Of a stretch of 64,000 nucleotides of DNA, positions 8,929 to 18,397 are shown piece by piece; within the stretch, counting starts at the first letter, position 1, and every line of letters begins with the position of its first letter. The DNA lies in assembly GCA_964632435.1 (NCBI GenBank), contig CAZWEJ010000001.1, positions 1,052 to 65,051 of the forward strand. The letters are read 5' to 3'. The position numbers and the translations under genes were made by a program. The DNA is from an uncultured Candidatus Saccharimonadales bacterium. Lineage in GTDB: Bacteria; Patescibacteriota; Saccharimonadia; UBA4664; SCTI01. The notes below the pieces were generated by a model. That model made no database searches. It was not told the origin of the DNA and worked only from the letters and a program-made list of their open reading frames with translations.

Positions 8929-10725
8929 ATGACCAACTTCAAAAATGCCCCAACCGAATGGGATCTATCTTATCTTCTTAAGAGTGATGATGATCCAAAT
9001 ATTGAGAAATATAGGCAAGAACTCACAACAAAAACGGATGAGTTTGTATTGAAATGGAGAGATAACCATGATTATCTTACAAATCCCAATAAGTTAAAGG
9101 CTGCTCTTGATGAGTTCTGCGAGCTCACTACAATGCATCAAAATGGGGCCGAAGCATTTTACTTTGGCCTTAGATCCACCCTGGATTCTATGAGCCCCGA
9201 GGTAAGGGCAAAAGAGAATAAAAGCGAGGAGTTCTCTAAGCAAATAGCCAACAAAATAGTATTCTTCCCATTGGCGTTGTCCAAGATAAAGGAAGAAGAT
9301 CAGAAAGTAATGCTCAACAGCGCCGTTCTCGAGGATTATAAGCATTTTCTAGAGCGAAAATTTGTTGAGGCAAAGCATCGGCTAAGCGTGAGTGAGGAAC
9401 AGATCCTAATGCTAAAATCTGGGCCAGCTTACGAGAAGTGGATCCAGTTTATTGATAACTCACTCAGCAAAGCAGAAGCCAAAGTTTTGAAAGAGGATGG
9501 CAAGTCAGAAATCGCTACACTCGAAGAGCTGCATACTTTGACGGCCAACCCAAAGAAAGAGGTTAGAGAGAGTGCAGCAAAGGCACTTTCTCATATTTTT
9601 GAGCAAACATCTGATATGGCGGAAGCAGAAATCAACGCTATCCTCGAGAATAAAAAGATTGATGATCATCTTAGAAATTTTGACCTGCCTGAGCAATCAC
9701 GCTTGCTATCAGATGATATCGATCCAGAGATAGTCGACGCTATGGTTGAAGCAGTAAAGAAAAATTATGATCTGTCGATAAGGTTTATGGATTTTAAGGC
9801 CAGGCTGCTTAAACAGCCAAAGTTTGAGTACTATGAGCGCGCCGTAGGCTATGGGGATGTTCAGAAAGAATATACCTATGAGGATTCATTGGAATTAGTT
9901 GATTCAGTATTTAATGAACTTGACCCTCAATTTTCTGAGATCCTTAGAGACCTCTCTAGCAAGGGGCTGATTGATGTCTACCCCAAAAAAGGCAAAAGAG
10001 GCGGCGCTTTCTGTGCTGGCTTCTCAAAGTCGCTTCCAACATATGTGATGCTCAATCATACAAACAAACTCAGAGATGTGGCCACCATTGCTCATGAGTT
10101 TGGCCATGCTATCAACAACGAACTAATGAGACTCAAACAAAATGAATTGAATTTTGCTACGCCTTTGTCGACCGCTGAAGTTGCTAGCACTTTTATGGAA
10201 GACTTTGTTTTCGACAGGCTGCTAGAAGAAGCTTCTGAAGAAGAGGAGCTCGTGTTGAGAGTAGGGCAGCTTCAGGACCAGATTGCCACCATTTTTAGGC
10301 AGGTTGCGGCCTATCGTTTTGAGAAAGACCTTCACACCGAGTTCCGAAAAACTGGGTATGTAGCTAAGGACAAGATAAATGAGCTTTTCTGCAACCACAT
10401 GAAAGAATATCTGGGCGATCATGCCGAAGGCGCCGAGAACTGGTGGGTATACTGGTCGCATATTCGCAGGTTTTTCTATGTTTACTCTTATGCAAGTGGG
10501 TTACTCATATCAAAAGCTCTCCAGTCTAAGGTGAAGCAGGACAAGCAATTTATTGGTCAGGTAAAGGAGTTTCTGTCGGCTGGAACATCAAAATCCCCTA
10601 AAGATATATTTCTCCAATTGGGTGTAGATATTAGTGATAGTAACTTCTGGAAACAAGGAATTAGTGAAATAAAGTCGCAAATTGATCAAACTGAGAAACT
10701 GGCCAAAAAGCTAGGCAAAATATAA
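8929..10725 (+). CDS. pepF: Oligoendopeptidase F (M3B peptidase)
   Basis: HEFGHAINNE zinc-binding HExxH motif; about 600 aa, typical M3B length. Confidence 0.85.
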   Translation: MTNFKNAPTEWDLSYLLKSDDDPNIEKYRQELTTKTDEFVLKWRDNHDYLTNPNKLKAALDEFCELTTMHQNGAEAFYFGLRSTLDSMSPEVRAKENKSEEFSKQIANKIVFFPLALSKIKEEDQKVMLNSAVLEDYKHFLERKFVEAKHRLSVSEEQILMLKSGPAYEKWIQFIDNSLSKAEAKVLKEDGKSEIATLEELHTLTANPKKEVRESAAKALSHIFEQTSDMAEAEINAILENKKIDDHLRNFDLPEQSRLLSDDIDPEIVDAMVEAVKKNYDLSIRFMDFKARLLKQPKFEYYERAVGYGDVQKEYTYEDSLELVDSVFNELDPQFSEILRDLSSKGLIDVYPKKGKRGGAFCAGFSKSLPTYVMLNHTNKLRDVATIAHEFGHAINNELMRLKQNELNFATPLSTAEVASTFMEDFVFDRLLEEASEEEELVLRVGQLQDQIATIFRQVAAYRFEKDLHTEFRKTGYVAKDKINELFCNHMKEYLGDHAEGAENWWVYWSHIRRFFYVYSYASGLLISKALQSKVKQDKQFIGQVKEFLSAGTSKSPKDIFLQLGVDISDSNFWKQGISEIKSQIDQTEKLAKKLGKI

Positions 10726-10742
10726 GTCCATAAAAAGCGAAA

Positions 10743-10790
10743 TCCCCCGCCATAAATCCGCGATGCGGAAGTTTGACGGGGGTTTCGTTC
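10743..10790. terminator. Nested GC hairpin between convergent pepF and the minus-strand small gene; candidate bidirectional terminator
   Basis: cccccg...cggggg outer stem enclosing ccgcgatgcgg, followed by tttcgtt. Confidence 0.4.
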
Positions 10791-10801
10791 ACATCAGGGT
10801 C

Positions 10802-11083
10802 CTAGAACCCGAAGACTCGCCGGGCACGTACCCAGCCACTGGGAAATGCGATGGCGATGAGGACTACCCCGAAGAGGGTGGCGCCGATAGCCATGAAGTC
10901 CCTGATGTTGGAGACGGCGTAGAGCCCCTCGTACATGAACAGCTTTGCAGCTGCCCAGCAGAAGAGGATTCCGAGAACGCCGAGGACGAGCCTGAAGACG
11001 TTCGCGGGGCAGACCCACTCCTTGATGCCAATCGCCCAGATGGCGATAAAGGCGAAAAAACGCTGGATGGCGGGGGACACCAT
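10802..11083 (-). CDS. Small 3-TM membrane protein encoded in a GC-rich islet
   Basis: Three predicted TM helices; RBS AGGAGG 6-8 nt upstream of the ATG on the minus strand; local GC is far above the surrounding genome. Confidence 0.5.
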   Translation of the reverse strand: MVSPAIQRFFAFIAIWAIGIKEWVCPANVFRLVLGVLGILFCWAAAKLFMYEGLYAVSNIRDFMAIGATLFGVVLIAIAFPSGWVRARRVFGF

Positions 11084-11275
11084 TTCCTCCTGTAGTGAAC
11101 GAAAGTTGCAGCCAAAACGTATTTCTACGTCAAGGCATGATCAGTATAGTACCACTTCTGTAAGTATTTGTCAATACTCTTATGCTTCTTGGCCAACAGA
11201 TTGACATAAGGGGAAAAGTGCTCTATCGTTTTGGGCGAGAAGTGGAATACGCCACGTCTTGATCCAAGGGGTTTC

Positions 11276-11491
11276 ATGAAACGTATCTGTAAGCTGGTAT
11301 TCGTCCTTCTGGCCGCTTGGTTGGCATATCTTGGTATCGAGGCTCACCGCTTCAATCGTAGGGAGAGAAGGGCTCGCGGCTTCAAGCCGAAAAGCTTCTT
11401 CGCTCTAGATTCCAACGGTCGGCTCAGCGAAGTGGATGTCGATAATTTCCTCCATATGACTGCCGTCCTCGACCCCACGGAGGTGCCCTGA
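11276..11491 (+). CDS. Small single-TM protein (GC-rich islet)
   Basis: ATG preceded by AAGGGG; TM helix ICKLVFVLLAAWLAYLGI; overlaps the next ORF by TGATG. Confidence 0.35.
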   Translation: MKRICKLVFVLLAAWLAYLGIEAHRFNRRERRARGFKPKSFFALDSNGRLSEVDVDNFLHMTAVLDPTEVP

Positions 11492-11700
11492 TGGACGAAA
11501 CCTGCCACTACTGCGGTTCGATCCCTCATGCAATTGCCTGCCCCGAGCACCCTTCGAATGGCACCGGTCACCGCCTCCACATGAGGAGATGGGAGGCTGG
11601 GCGAAGGGAAGCGGCGAATGGAGGGATCTGTCGCAAGCCCGATGACCCGACCTACTGTCTCGGGTTCTACTGGCCGCACGAAGAGGAGGATGCAGCATGA
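11491..11700 (+). CDS. Small Cys/His-rich protein (possible zinc ribbon)
   Basis: CHYCGSIPHAIACPEH motif; coupled TGATG overlap with the upstream ORF; GC-rich composition makes the frame call uncertain. Confidence 0.3.
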   Translation: MDETCHYCGSIPHAIACPEHPSNGTGHRLHMRRWEAGRREAANGGICRKPDDPTYCLGFYWPHEEEDAA

Positions 11701-11858
11701 GCCTCCTCAATACGCCCCATCACGGCAAGCATCCCGCCTGTCTTGGTGGGGCGCTTGTCTTTTAAACCTTTCTGAGTTAGAATAACGGTATTGAAGTCGG
11801 CCAGCGGGTCGACTAAATTTTTGCCAAACAATTGAATAACAACAGAATAGGAACATAA

Positions 11859-13085
11859 ATGAACGCACAATTTTTAGCAGCAATTAATCATATAGCCGAC
11901 GAGAAAGGGCTTCCAAGAGAGACCATCCTCCAAACCGTTGAGGCAGCTCTTGCTGCAGCTTATAAGAAGGACTACGGTGATAAAGATCAAGATGTTCGGG
12001 TTGAACTCAACGACACAACTGGTGACATGAAGGTGTTTGTCTCGAAAGAAGTAGTTGCCGATGATACGCCAGAAGAGGACTTCAACGAACTTCTACATGT
12101 CCGGCTAAAGGACGCTCTCAAAAAAGATAAAGAAGCCAAAGTAATCGAGCGCAAGGATGATGAGGACGAAGAGAATGTCGTTGGGCCCTACACAGTTGAG
12201 TATGAGGTAGATCCCGGCGAAGGATTTGGCCGAGTTGCTGCACAGACTGCAAAGCAGGTGATCATTCAGCGGCTCCGAGAAGCCGAGCGTGAGATCATCT
12301 TTAATGAGTACAGCGATAAGGTAGACACTCTTCTTAACGGAACAGTTCAGCGTGTTGATGGAAACATCGTATATGTTGATATTGGTAAAACCAACGGGGT
12401 GCTCTTTACTAACGAGCAGATTCCTGGCGAGCGCTATTACCCAGGCCAGCGGCTTAAGGTATACCTCGCGCGAGTTGAGCAAACCGCTCGTGGACCTCAG
12501 GTTGTAATCAGTCGGGCACATGCCAAGATGGTTGAGCGCCTCTTCGAGCTTGAAGTTCCAGAGATCGAAACCGGAACAGTAGAAATTAAGGGAGTATCCC
12601 GAGAAGCCGGGACTAGAAGCAAGGTTGCGGTTAAGTCAAACAGCGACAGCGTAGACCCAGTTGGCACCTTTGTTGGTGGCCGTGGAGCTCGCGTGCAGGC
12701 TGTAATGGGTGAGCTCGGCGAGGAGAAGATCGACATCATTCTTTGGAATGAGGACCCAGAAACTTACATTATCAACTCTTTGAGCCCAACTAAGGTTCTG
12801 AGCGTTGAACTTGATGAGGCTGAGCACAAAGCCGTTGTTAAGGTCCCGGAAGATCAGCTTTCGCTAGCTATTGGTAAGCAAGGCCAGAACGTACGTCTTG
12901 CCGCCAAGCTGACCGGCTGGAATATCGACATCGTTAGCGCCGACGAAAGCAAGGTTGAAGCAACTGCCGATGCCGCCGTCGAGCCAAAAGAAAAGCCAAA
13001 GAAGGTTGACCTAGAAGGTTCGCTGATCGCCGCGGTTGAGCAGCAATCAACAGAAGAGACTCAGGAAAAAGAGGAAGACAAATAA
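11859..13085 (+). CDS. nusA: Transcription termination/antitermination factor NusA
   Basis: N-terminal NusA domain, S1 and two KH domains (GKQGQNVRLAAKLTGWNIDI), acidic C-terminal tail. Confidence 0.95.
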   Translation: MNAQFLAAINHIADEKGLPRETILQTVEAALAAAYKKDYGDKDQDVRVELNDTTGDMKVFVSKEVVADDTPEEDFNELLHVRLKDALKKDKEAKVIERKDDEDEENVVGPYTVEYEVDPGEGFGRVAAQTAKQVIIQRLREAEREIIFNEYSDKVDTLLNGTVQRVDGNIVYVDIGKTNGVLFTNEQIPGERYYPGQRLKVYLARVEQTARGPQVVISRAHAKMVERLFELEVPEIETGTVEIKGVSREAGTRSKVAVKSNSDSVDPVGTFVGGRGARVQAVMGELGEEKIDIILWNEDPETYIINSLSPTKVLSVELDEAEHKAVVKVPEDQLSLAIGKQGQNVRLAAKLTGWNIDIVSADESKVEATADAAVEPKEKPKKVDLEGSLIAAVEQQSTEETQEKEEDK

Positions 13086-13117
13086 CCGTTTGTTCAAACC
13101 TCTAGTTATGAAGCAAA

Positions 13118-13150
13118 AGAATCCGCCACATTTAGGCGGATTCTTTGGTT
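13118..13150 (+). terminator. Rho-independent terminator after nusA
   Basis: agaatccgcc-acattt-ggcggattct stem followed by ttggtt. Confidence 0.65.
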
Positions 13151-13225
13151 GATAGCAGTCTAGCGGTGATAAAATAAGACTTATGCGTGGACGCCAGGAA
13201 GCTTCAGAAGTACCCGCAAAAAACT

Positions 13226-13252
13226 CTGGCACTCGGCATATTAGAGTGCTAA
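13226..13252 (+). promoter_or_regulatory. CIRCE-like inverted repeat (HrcA operator type) upstream of clpC
   Basis: CTGGCACTC-N9-GAGTGCTAA versus the CIRCE consensus TTAGCACTC-N9-GAGTGCTAA; it overlaps a TAATAT -10-like hexamer. Confidence 0.6.
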
Positions 13253-13320
13253 TATATGGCTAAACGGTAGGTCCAGTTCCAGTTTTCCTACCGAGGAATA
13301 AGGGGAGAAAGGAGCTAAAC

Positions 13321-15813
13321 ATGGCACTAGAGTTTGGACCACATTTTGATAGATTCACTGAAAATGCTAAGCAAAGTTTAGAGAATGCCGATCAAATCGC
13401 GACCCAGATGGCGTCAAGTTATATCGGCACTGAGCACATTCTGTTAGGCGTATTGCAACAGGAGGGTTCAATTGGATCCAGAATATTAAGGAATGCTGGA
13501 GTTACTCTCGACAAAGCGCAAATGGTTCTGAGCTTTTCGCCTAAAGTTATCTCTCATAATCACAAGGGGCTCAGCGAAGCTGCCAAGACCACTTTGACCC
13601 TTTCTTGGCGTATTGCTCGCGAGTTTGGTCAACCATACTCGGGCACCGAGCACATTCTTTTCGCTCTCTTAAGCCACAAAAGCGCTCGTTCTAATACATT
13701 ACTAAAAGAGATGCGGGTCGAGCCCTCGCTGGTTCGTTCGGAGCTGGAGAACTACTTAAGCAATCAACAATTCTTCCCAATGGAAGATGATGGCCGAACC
13801 TCTGGTGGAGGTACTGCCACAGCCAAGAAAACTAAGACTAAGACGCCAGCACTCGATAGCTTTGGTGTAGATCTTACTGCGAAAGCTCGCGAAGGATATC
13901 TAGACCCAGTGGTTGGGCGTGAGAACCAAATTGGCCGAGTAATCACTATTCTTAATCGCCGCTCTAAAAATAATCCAGTTCTTATTGGTGAGCCTGGGGT
14001 AGGTAAGACGGCAATTGTAGAAGGTCTTGCTCAAAGAATCGTTTCTGAAGAAGTGCCAGAAATGCTACAAAGTAAGCGTATTATCATGCTCGATCTCGCA
14101 AGCGTAATCGCTGGTACAAAATACCGAGGTGAGTTTGAAGAGCGCTTAAAGAAGCTTCTTGATGAAGCTAAGGCTAATCGCGAAGTAATTCTGTTTATTG
14201 ATGAGCTACATACAGTGGTTGGCGCAGGTGCTGCCGAAGGCGCTATTGATGCAGCCAATATTCTCAAGCCGGCACTAAGCCGAGGCGAAATTCAAGTTGT
14301 CGGCGCAACCACTCTAGATGAATATCGCAAACATATTGAGAAAGATTCGGCTCTTGAGAGAAGGTTCCAGCCAGTTCAGGTTCCGGAGGCAACCGCAGAG
14401 GAGACGGTTCAGGTTCTGCATGGTTTGCGCCCTCGATACGAGGAGCATCATCGGGTTGAAATTACAGATGAGGCAATTGAAAGCGCCGCAAAACTTGCTC
14501 ACAGGTATGTTGCCGATCGATTCCTGCCAGATAAGGCAATCGATCTTGTTGATGAGGCGGCTTCCTTGGTACGAATAAAGAGAGGCGCGACCAGTAAGCC
14601 GCTTCGCTCACTTCAAAGGCAGTTCAATGACATTCAGGCCCAGATTGAAGATGCGGTAAACGACCAAGACTTTGAGGGCGCTGCCCGACTCAAAACAAAG
14701 GCGAGTGTTCTGGAGCAAAAAATTGATGTACTCCGCGAAAAAGAGGGAGATAAAGAAAACCTCAGGATTGTGCCCGAGGATATCGCTCAAGTTATTAGCG
14801 TTATGACTGGCATTCCCGCAACTAGATTAATCGACAAAGAGATGCACAATCTAATGCAGCTAGAAGACCGACTTGGTAAGAGAATTATCGCTCAAAATGA
14901 AGCTGTGGCCGCAATTTCAAAAGCCATTCGTCGAAGCCGCACCGGAATAAGTGATAGTCGCCGGCCTATTGGATCATTCATTTTTCTTGGGCCAACGGGT
15001 GTAGGTAAGACAGAACTGGCTCGTGTATTAAGTGAAGAGATGTTCCACAGCCGCGATGCGATGATCAAAATCGATATGAGTGAGTTTATGGAGAAGCACA
15101 ATGTGGCAAGGCTTGTCGGCGCGCCCGCAGGTTATGTTGGTTATGATGATGGGGGCCAGCTGACAGAGCTTGTTAGAAGAAAGCCTTATAGCCTAATCCT
15201 CTTTGATGAGATTGAGAAAGCTCATCCGGATGTTTTCAATATGCTTTTGCAGATTCTTGAAGATGGGCAGCTCACAGATGCAAAAGGGCGCAAGATTGAT
15301 TTTCGCAATACAATTATTATTATGACCTCAAATGTGGGAGCAGAAACCATGTATAAGGAGGCTCAGCTCGGATTTCAGGCAGATACTCGAGAGGAAGAGA
15401 AGGAGCTTGAACAGCAGCATGAGCGTGTAAAAGGTCAGGTTATGGATTCGCTTAAGCGCACTTTTAGGCCAGAGTTCCTTAACCGTATTGACGACGTAAT
15501 TGTTTTCAAGCCGCTATCCAAACTGGATATTCGACAAATTCTTGACCTGCAGTTGAGTGAGCTCGCTGGAAGAATTGCCGAGCAGGGATTGAATCTGCGA
15601 GTTAGCTCATCAGCAAAAAACTTGCTTATCGAAAAAGGCTATAACGTCGATCAAGGTGCAAGGCCAATGAGAAGAGCAATTCAAGATTTGGTTGAAGACC
15701 CCCTTGCGATTGGTGTTTTGAAACATGAGTACAAAGAAGGTGACACTGTATCCATAACAGCAAAAGATAACGAGCTGGTGCTTAAAGCCTTATCGCCTCA
15801 CGCCAAAAGTTAA
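13321..15813 (+). CDS. clpC: ATP-dependent Clp protease ATP-binding subunit ClpC/ClpB-type (two AAA+ modules, Clp_N repeats)
   Basis: Two Clp N-terminal repeats, Walker A motifs GEPGVGKT and GPTGVGKT, a UVR-like linker and a ClpB_D2-small domain. Confidence 0.9.
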   Translation: MALEFGPHFDRFTENAKQSLENADQIATQMASSYIGTEHILLGVLQQEGSIGSRILRNAGVTLDKAQMVLSFSPKVISHNHKGLSEAAKTTLTLSWRIAREFGQPYSGTEHILFALLSHKSARSNTLLKEMRVEPSLVRSELENYLSNQQFFPMEDDGRTSGGGTATAKKTKTKTPALDSFGVDLTAKAREGYLDPVVGRENQIGRVITILNRRSKNNPVLIGEPGVGKTAIVEGLAQRIVSEEVPEMLQSKRIIMLDLASVIAGTKYRGEFEERLKKLLDEAKANREVILFIDELHTVVGAGAAEGAIDAANILKPALSRGEIQVVGATTLDEYRKHIEKDSALERRFQPVQVPEATAEETVQVLHGLRPRYEEHHRVEITDEAIESAAKLAHRYVADRFLPDKAIDLVDEAASLVRIKRGATSKPLRSLQRQFNDIQAQIEDAVNDQDFEGAARLKTKASVLEQKIDVLREKEGDKENLRIVPEDIAQVISVMTGIPATRLIDKEMHNLMQLEDRLGKRIIAQNEAVAAISKAIRRSRTGISDSRRPIGSFIFLGPTGVGKTELARVLSEEMFHSRDAMIKIDMSEFMEKHNVARLVGAPAGYVGYDDGGQLTELVRRKPYSLILFDEIEKAHPDVFNMLLQILEDGQLTDAKGRKIDFRNTIIIMTSNVGAETMYKEAQLGFQADTREEEKELEQQHERVKGQVMDSLKRTFRPEFLNRIDDVIVFKPLSKLDIRQILDLQLSELAGRIAEQGLNLRVSSSAKNLLIEKGYNVDQGARPMRRAIQDLVEDPLAIGVLKHEYKEGDTVSITAKDNELVLKALSPHAKS

Positions 15814-15867
15814 TTAGTCCTTAATTAAGTTCGCTTTTAGTTCGCCTCTTATGCTAATATATTTCAT

Positions 15868-17199
15868 ATGGCTAAAGCGACAATCCAATTTGTTTGCCAG
15901 CAATGTGGCGCCACTCAGAGCAAGTGGTCAGGTAAATGCGATCAGTGTGGTCAGTGGAATTCGTTAGTTGAAACTACCGTCGCGCCAAGACGAGCTTCTA
16001 CAGGGGCGGTCGCTGCGAAACCTCAGAAGATATCAGAAGTAGAGACTAAAAAACTTCCTCGAATAGATTCTGGAATAGGCGAGGTGAATCAGGTTTTGGG
16101 GGGAGGGATTGTCCCAGGTTCAATTTCGCTTCTTTCAGGAGACCCCGGCATAGGAAAGTCAACGCTGGTTCTTCAAGTAGCCTCACAGATTGCTCAACAT
16201 GTGCCAGTTCTATACGTTAGTGGTGAGGAGTCCGCTAATCAGATCAAGATTCGCGCAGAGCGTCTTAAAATTAACTCAGACAACCTTGATCTCCTAACCG
16301 AGACTAATACGGATGTTGTGGCAGCAACGCTTGAAAATGGCGACTATAAGCTGGTAATTATTGACTCGATTCAAACTATGGCGGTTGAAGCCCTGACCGG
16401 GAGTCCCGGCTCGGTTGGGCAGATTACGGCGTCTTCTCAAATGCTACAGGCAGTTGCAAAACGTAAGCATGTGGCAATGATCATTATTGGTCACGTCACA
16501 AAAGAAGGAAATATTGCGGGGCCAAAGGTTTTAGAACATTTGGTTGATGTTGTTTTGTACCTTGAGGGTGATCGCTACGGAGCCTTTAAAGCCTTACGTG
16601 GCATCAAGAATCGCTTCGGCTCAACCAGCGAGGTCGGCATATTCGAGATGAAAGATAATGGCCTGAGTCCCATCTCTAACCCAAGTGAGGCCCTACTTGC
16701 AGAGCGGCAGGAAGCTCCGGGTAGTGTTGTTCTTGCCACAGTTGAGGGGACGAGGCCGATTCTGGTTGAAGTACAGGCGCTAGTCTCTAAATCGAGCTTT
16801 GGATACCCAAAACGTACTGCGTCGGGGTTTGATATAAACAGGCTTAATTTACTGGTCGCAGTCTTGCAGAAAAGAGCCGGTCTCAACTTGTCAGATCAGG
16901 ACATTTATGTTAATATTATAGGCGGTTTGAAGATCACCGAACCGGCCGCAGATCTGGCAATTATTTTGGCGATAGCCTCGGCTTTTAAAAATCAGCCGAC
17001 CGCCCATAATCTTATTTCGTTCGGAGAAGTTGGCCTAAGTGGTGAAATTCGATCTGTCTCTAATGTTGCCGGCCGTATCGCCGAAGCAAAAAAACTTGGA
17101 TTTAAATATGTGGTAGGGCCAAACAACCTCTCACAAGCACAAAACATTCAACGTGCAAAGAACATCAAGCAAGCGATCGAAGCAGCGTTAGGTTCTTAA
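15868..17199 (+). CDS. radA: DNA repair protein RadA/Sms
   Basis: N-terminal CxxC-x-CxxC zinc finger, a RecA-like ATPase domain with GDPGIGKST, and a Lon-protease-like C domain. Confidence 0.95.
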   Translation: MAKATIQFVCQQCGATQSKWSGKCDQCGQWNSLVETTVAPRRASTGAVAAKPQKISEVETKKLPRIDSGIGEVNQVLGGGIVPGSISLLSGDPGIGKSTLVLQVASQIAQHVPVLYVSGEESANQIKIRAERLKINSDNLDLLTETNTDVVAATLENGDYKLVIIDSIQTMAVEALTGSPGSVGQITASSQMLQAVAKRKHVAMIIIGHVTKEGNIAGPKVLEHLVDVVLYLEGDRYGAFKALRGIKNRFGSTSEVGIFEMKDNGLSPISNPSEALLAERQEAPGSVVLATVEGTRPILVEVQALVSKSSFGYPKRTASGFDINRLNLLVAVLQKRAGLNLSDQDIYVNIIGGLKITEPAADLAIILAIASAFKNQPTAHNLISFGEVGLSGEIRSVSNVAGRIAEAKKLGFKYVVGPNNLSQAQNIQRAKNIKQAIEAALGS

Positions 17200-17259
17200 A
17201 TAAATAGGGCAAAAATTATTAGCAGCCTCCCTATTGGCTGAAAGGACGTATTTATATAA

Positions 17260-18129
17260 ATGATATTTAATAGAAATGGTAAGGACCCCAAAGATAGCGA
17301 AGGAATTTCTCCTCTATCTGCGGTTCCTGCTTTAGTTGATACCTCTGTCATAATTGATGGTCGCATCGGCGATATCTCAAAGGCAGGCTTTGCGCCAGGC
17401 AAACTACTAATACCAAGATTTGTTTTACATGAGCTTCAAAATATTGCAGACTCAAGTGATGCCATGCGACGTGGTCGCGGGCGAAGAGGTCTAGAAGTGC
17501 TCAATGATATGAGAGCTACGGGTGTAGATCTAGAAATTATTGATGACGATTTTCCTGAGATTGCAGAAGTTGACGCAAAACTCGTCCGACTTGGCCGCCA
17601 GCTAGGCGCCAACGTGCTTACAACCGATTACAACCTAAATCGTGTTGCATCAATCGAGGGGGTGCGAGTACTCAACATCAACGAGCTGGCAAATGCTGTT
17701 CGCCCGGTTATTCTTCCAGGCGAGAAGATGGTGGTGAAGATTGTGCAGCCAGGTAAGGAAAAAGGTCAGGGAGTCGGCTACCTAGCGGATGGAACCATGA
17801 TCGTGGTTGATAGCGGGGACAAGATGATTGGCCAGGACGTTCCCACGGAGATTACACGGGTGTTTCAGACAGTTGCAGGTAAGATGCTATTTGCAGTACC
17901 AGTCGACATAAAGAAGATTGGTAAAGAATCAAAAAATAAACAACAGACCAACGAGTCAAAAGTACCGCCAACCAAGAAACACGTTCATCAGACAAAAGTT
18001 GAAAAGAAACCTCATCAAGAACGAAAGCAGAACGATCGCAAACAAAATGATCGAAAACTGCGAAAGCGAATCAGTCCTACGCAAAGATTAGAAAATAGTT
18101 TGCTTGAGCTAACTAAAGGCGACGAGTAA
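17260..18129 (+). CDS. PIN/TRAM domain protein (YacL-like) with a basic low-complexity tail
   Basis: A PIN domain followed by a TRAM-like beta domain; placement next to radA matches the Firmicutes radA-disA-yacL neighbourhood. Confidence 0.75.
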   Translation: MIFNRNGKDPKDSEGISPLSAVPALVDTSVIIDGRIGDISKAGFAPGKLLIPRFVLHELQNIADSSDAMRRGRGRRGLEVLNDMRATGVDLEIIDDDFPEIAEVDAKLVRLGRQLGANVLTTDYNLNRVASIEGVRVLNINELANAVRPVILPGEKMVVKIVQPGKEKGQGVGYLADGTMIVVDSGDKMIGQDVPTEITRVFQTVAGKMLFAVPVDIKKIGKESKNKQQTNESKVPPTKKHVHQTKVEKKPHQERKQNDRKQNDRKLRKRISPTQRLENSLLELTKGDE

Positions 18130-18136
18130 GGCTTTT

Positions 18137-18397
18137 CTACCTGCAGGTACTTACACAGAAGCTAGCGCTTGCAGTTTGTTGGCCTGCAGACTCAACATAC
18201 CAGGTGTATCGGCCTGGAGTTGAAGGTCCCTGACGAGTTGTAGATGTGGAAGTAATGTTTCCATAACTGGGGCTGCCGCCTGGGCCACTTACTCGAACCG
18301 TATAACGACCATTCCCGCCGGGTGTCCAATTGTACGTAATACTTTGTCCGGGTTGGAATATCTGGTTACCGCGTGGGCTAATCAGCCGGAAAGTCAC
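18137..18397 (-). pseudogene. Out-of-frame continuation of the PBP C-terminus: a second Ig-like repeat after an apparent +1 frameshift
   Basis: This ORF overlaps the PBP stop by 20 nt in another frame and encodes a repeat (...YTVRVSGPGG...) homologous to the preceding in-frame repeat (...TVTVSGPGG...). The junction lies in a G/C homopolymer tract (ccccgggcccgg). Confidence 0.4.

Noticed and set aside
10763-11115. Alternative overlapping ORFs in the first GC-rich islet (110-aa plus, 83-aa minus, 74-aa minus)
   Set aside because: Their composition is Pro/Arg/Ser/Gly-rich, typical of high-GC frames. Only the 93-aa minus-strand frame 10802-11083 has a strong RBS and a clean TM-helix pattern.
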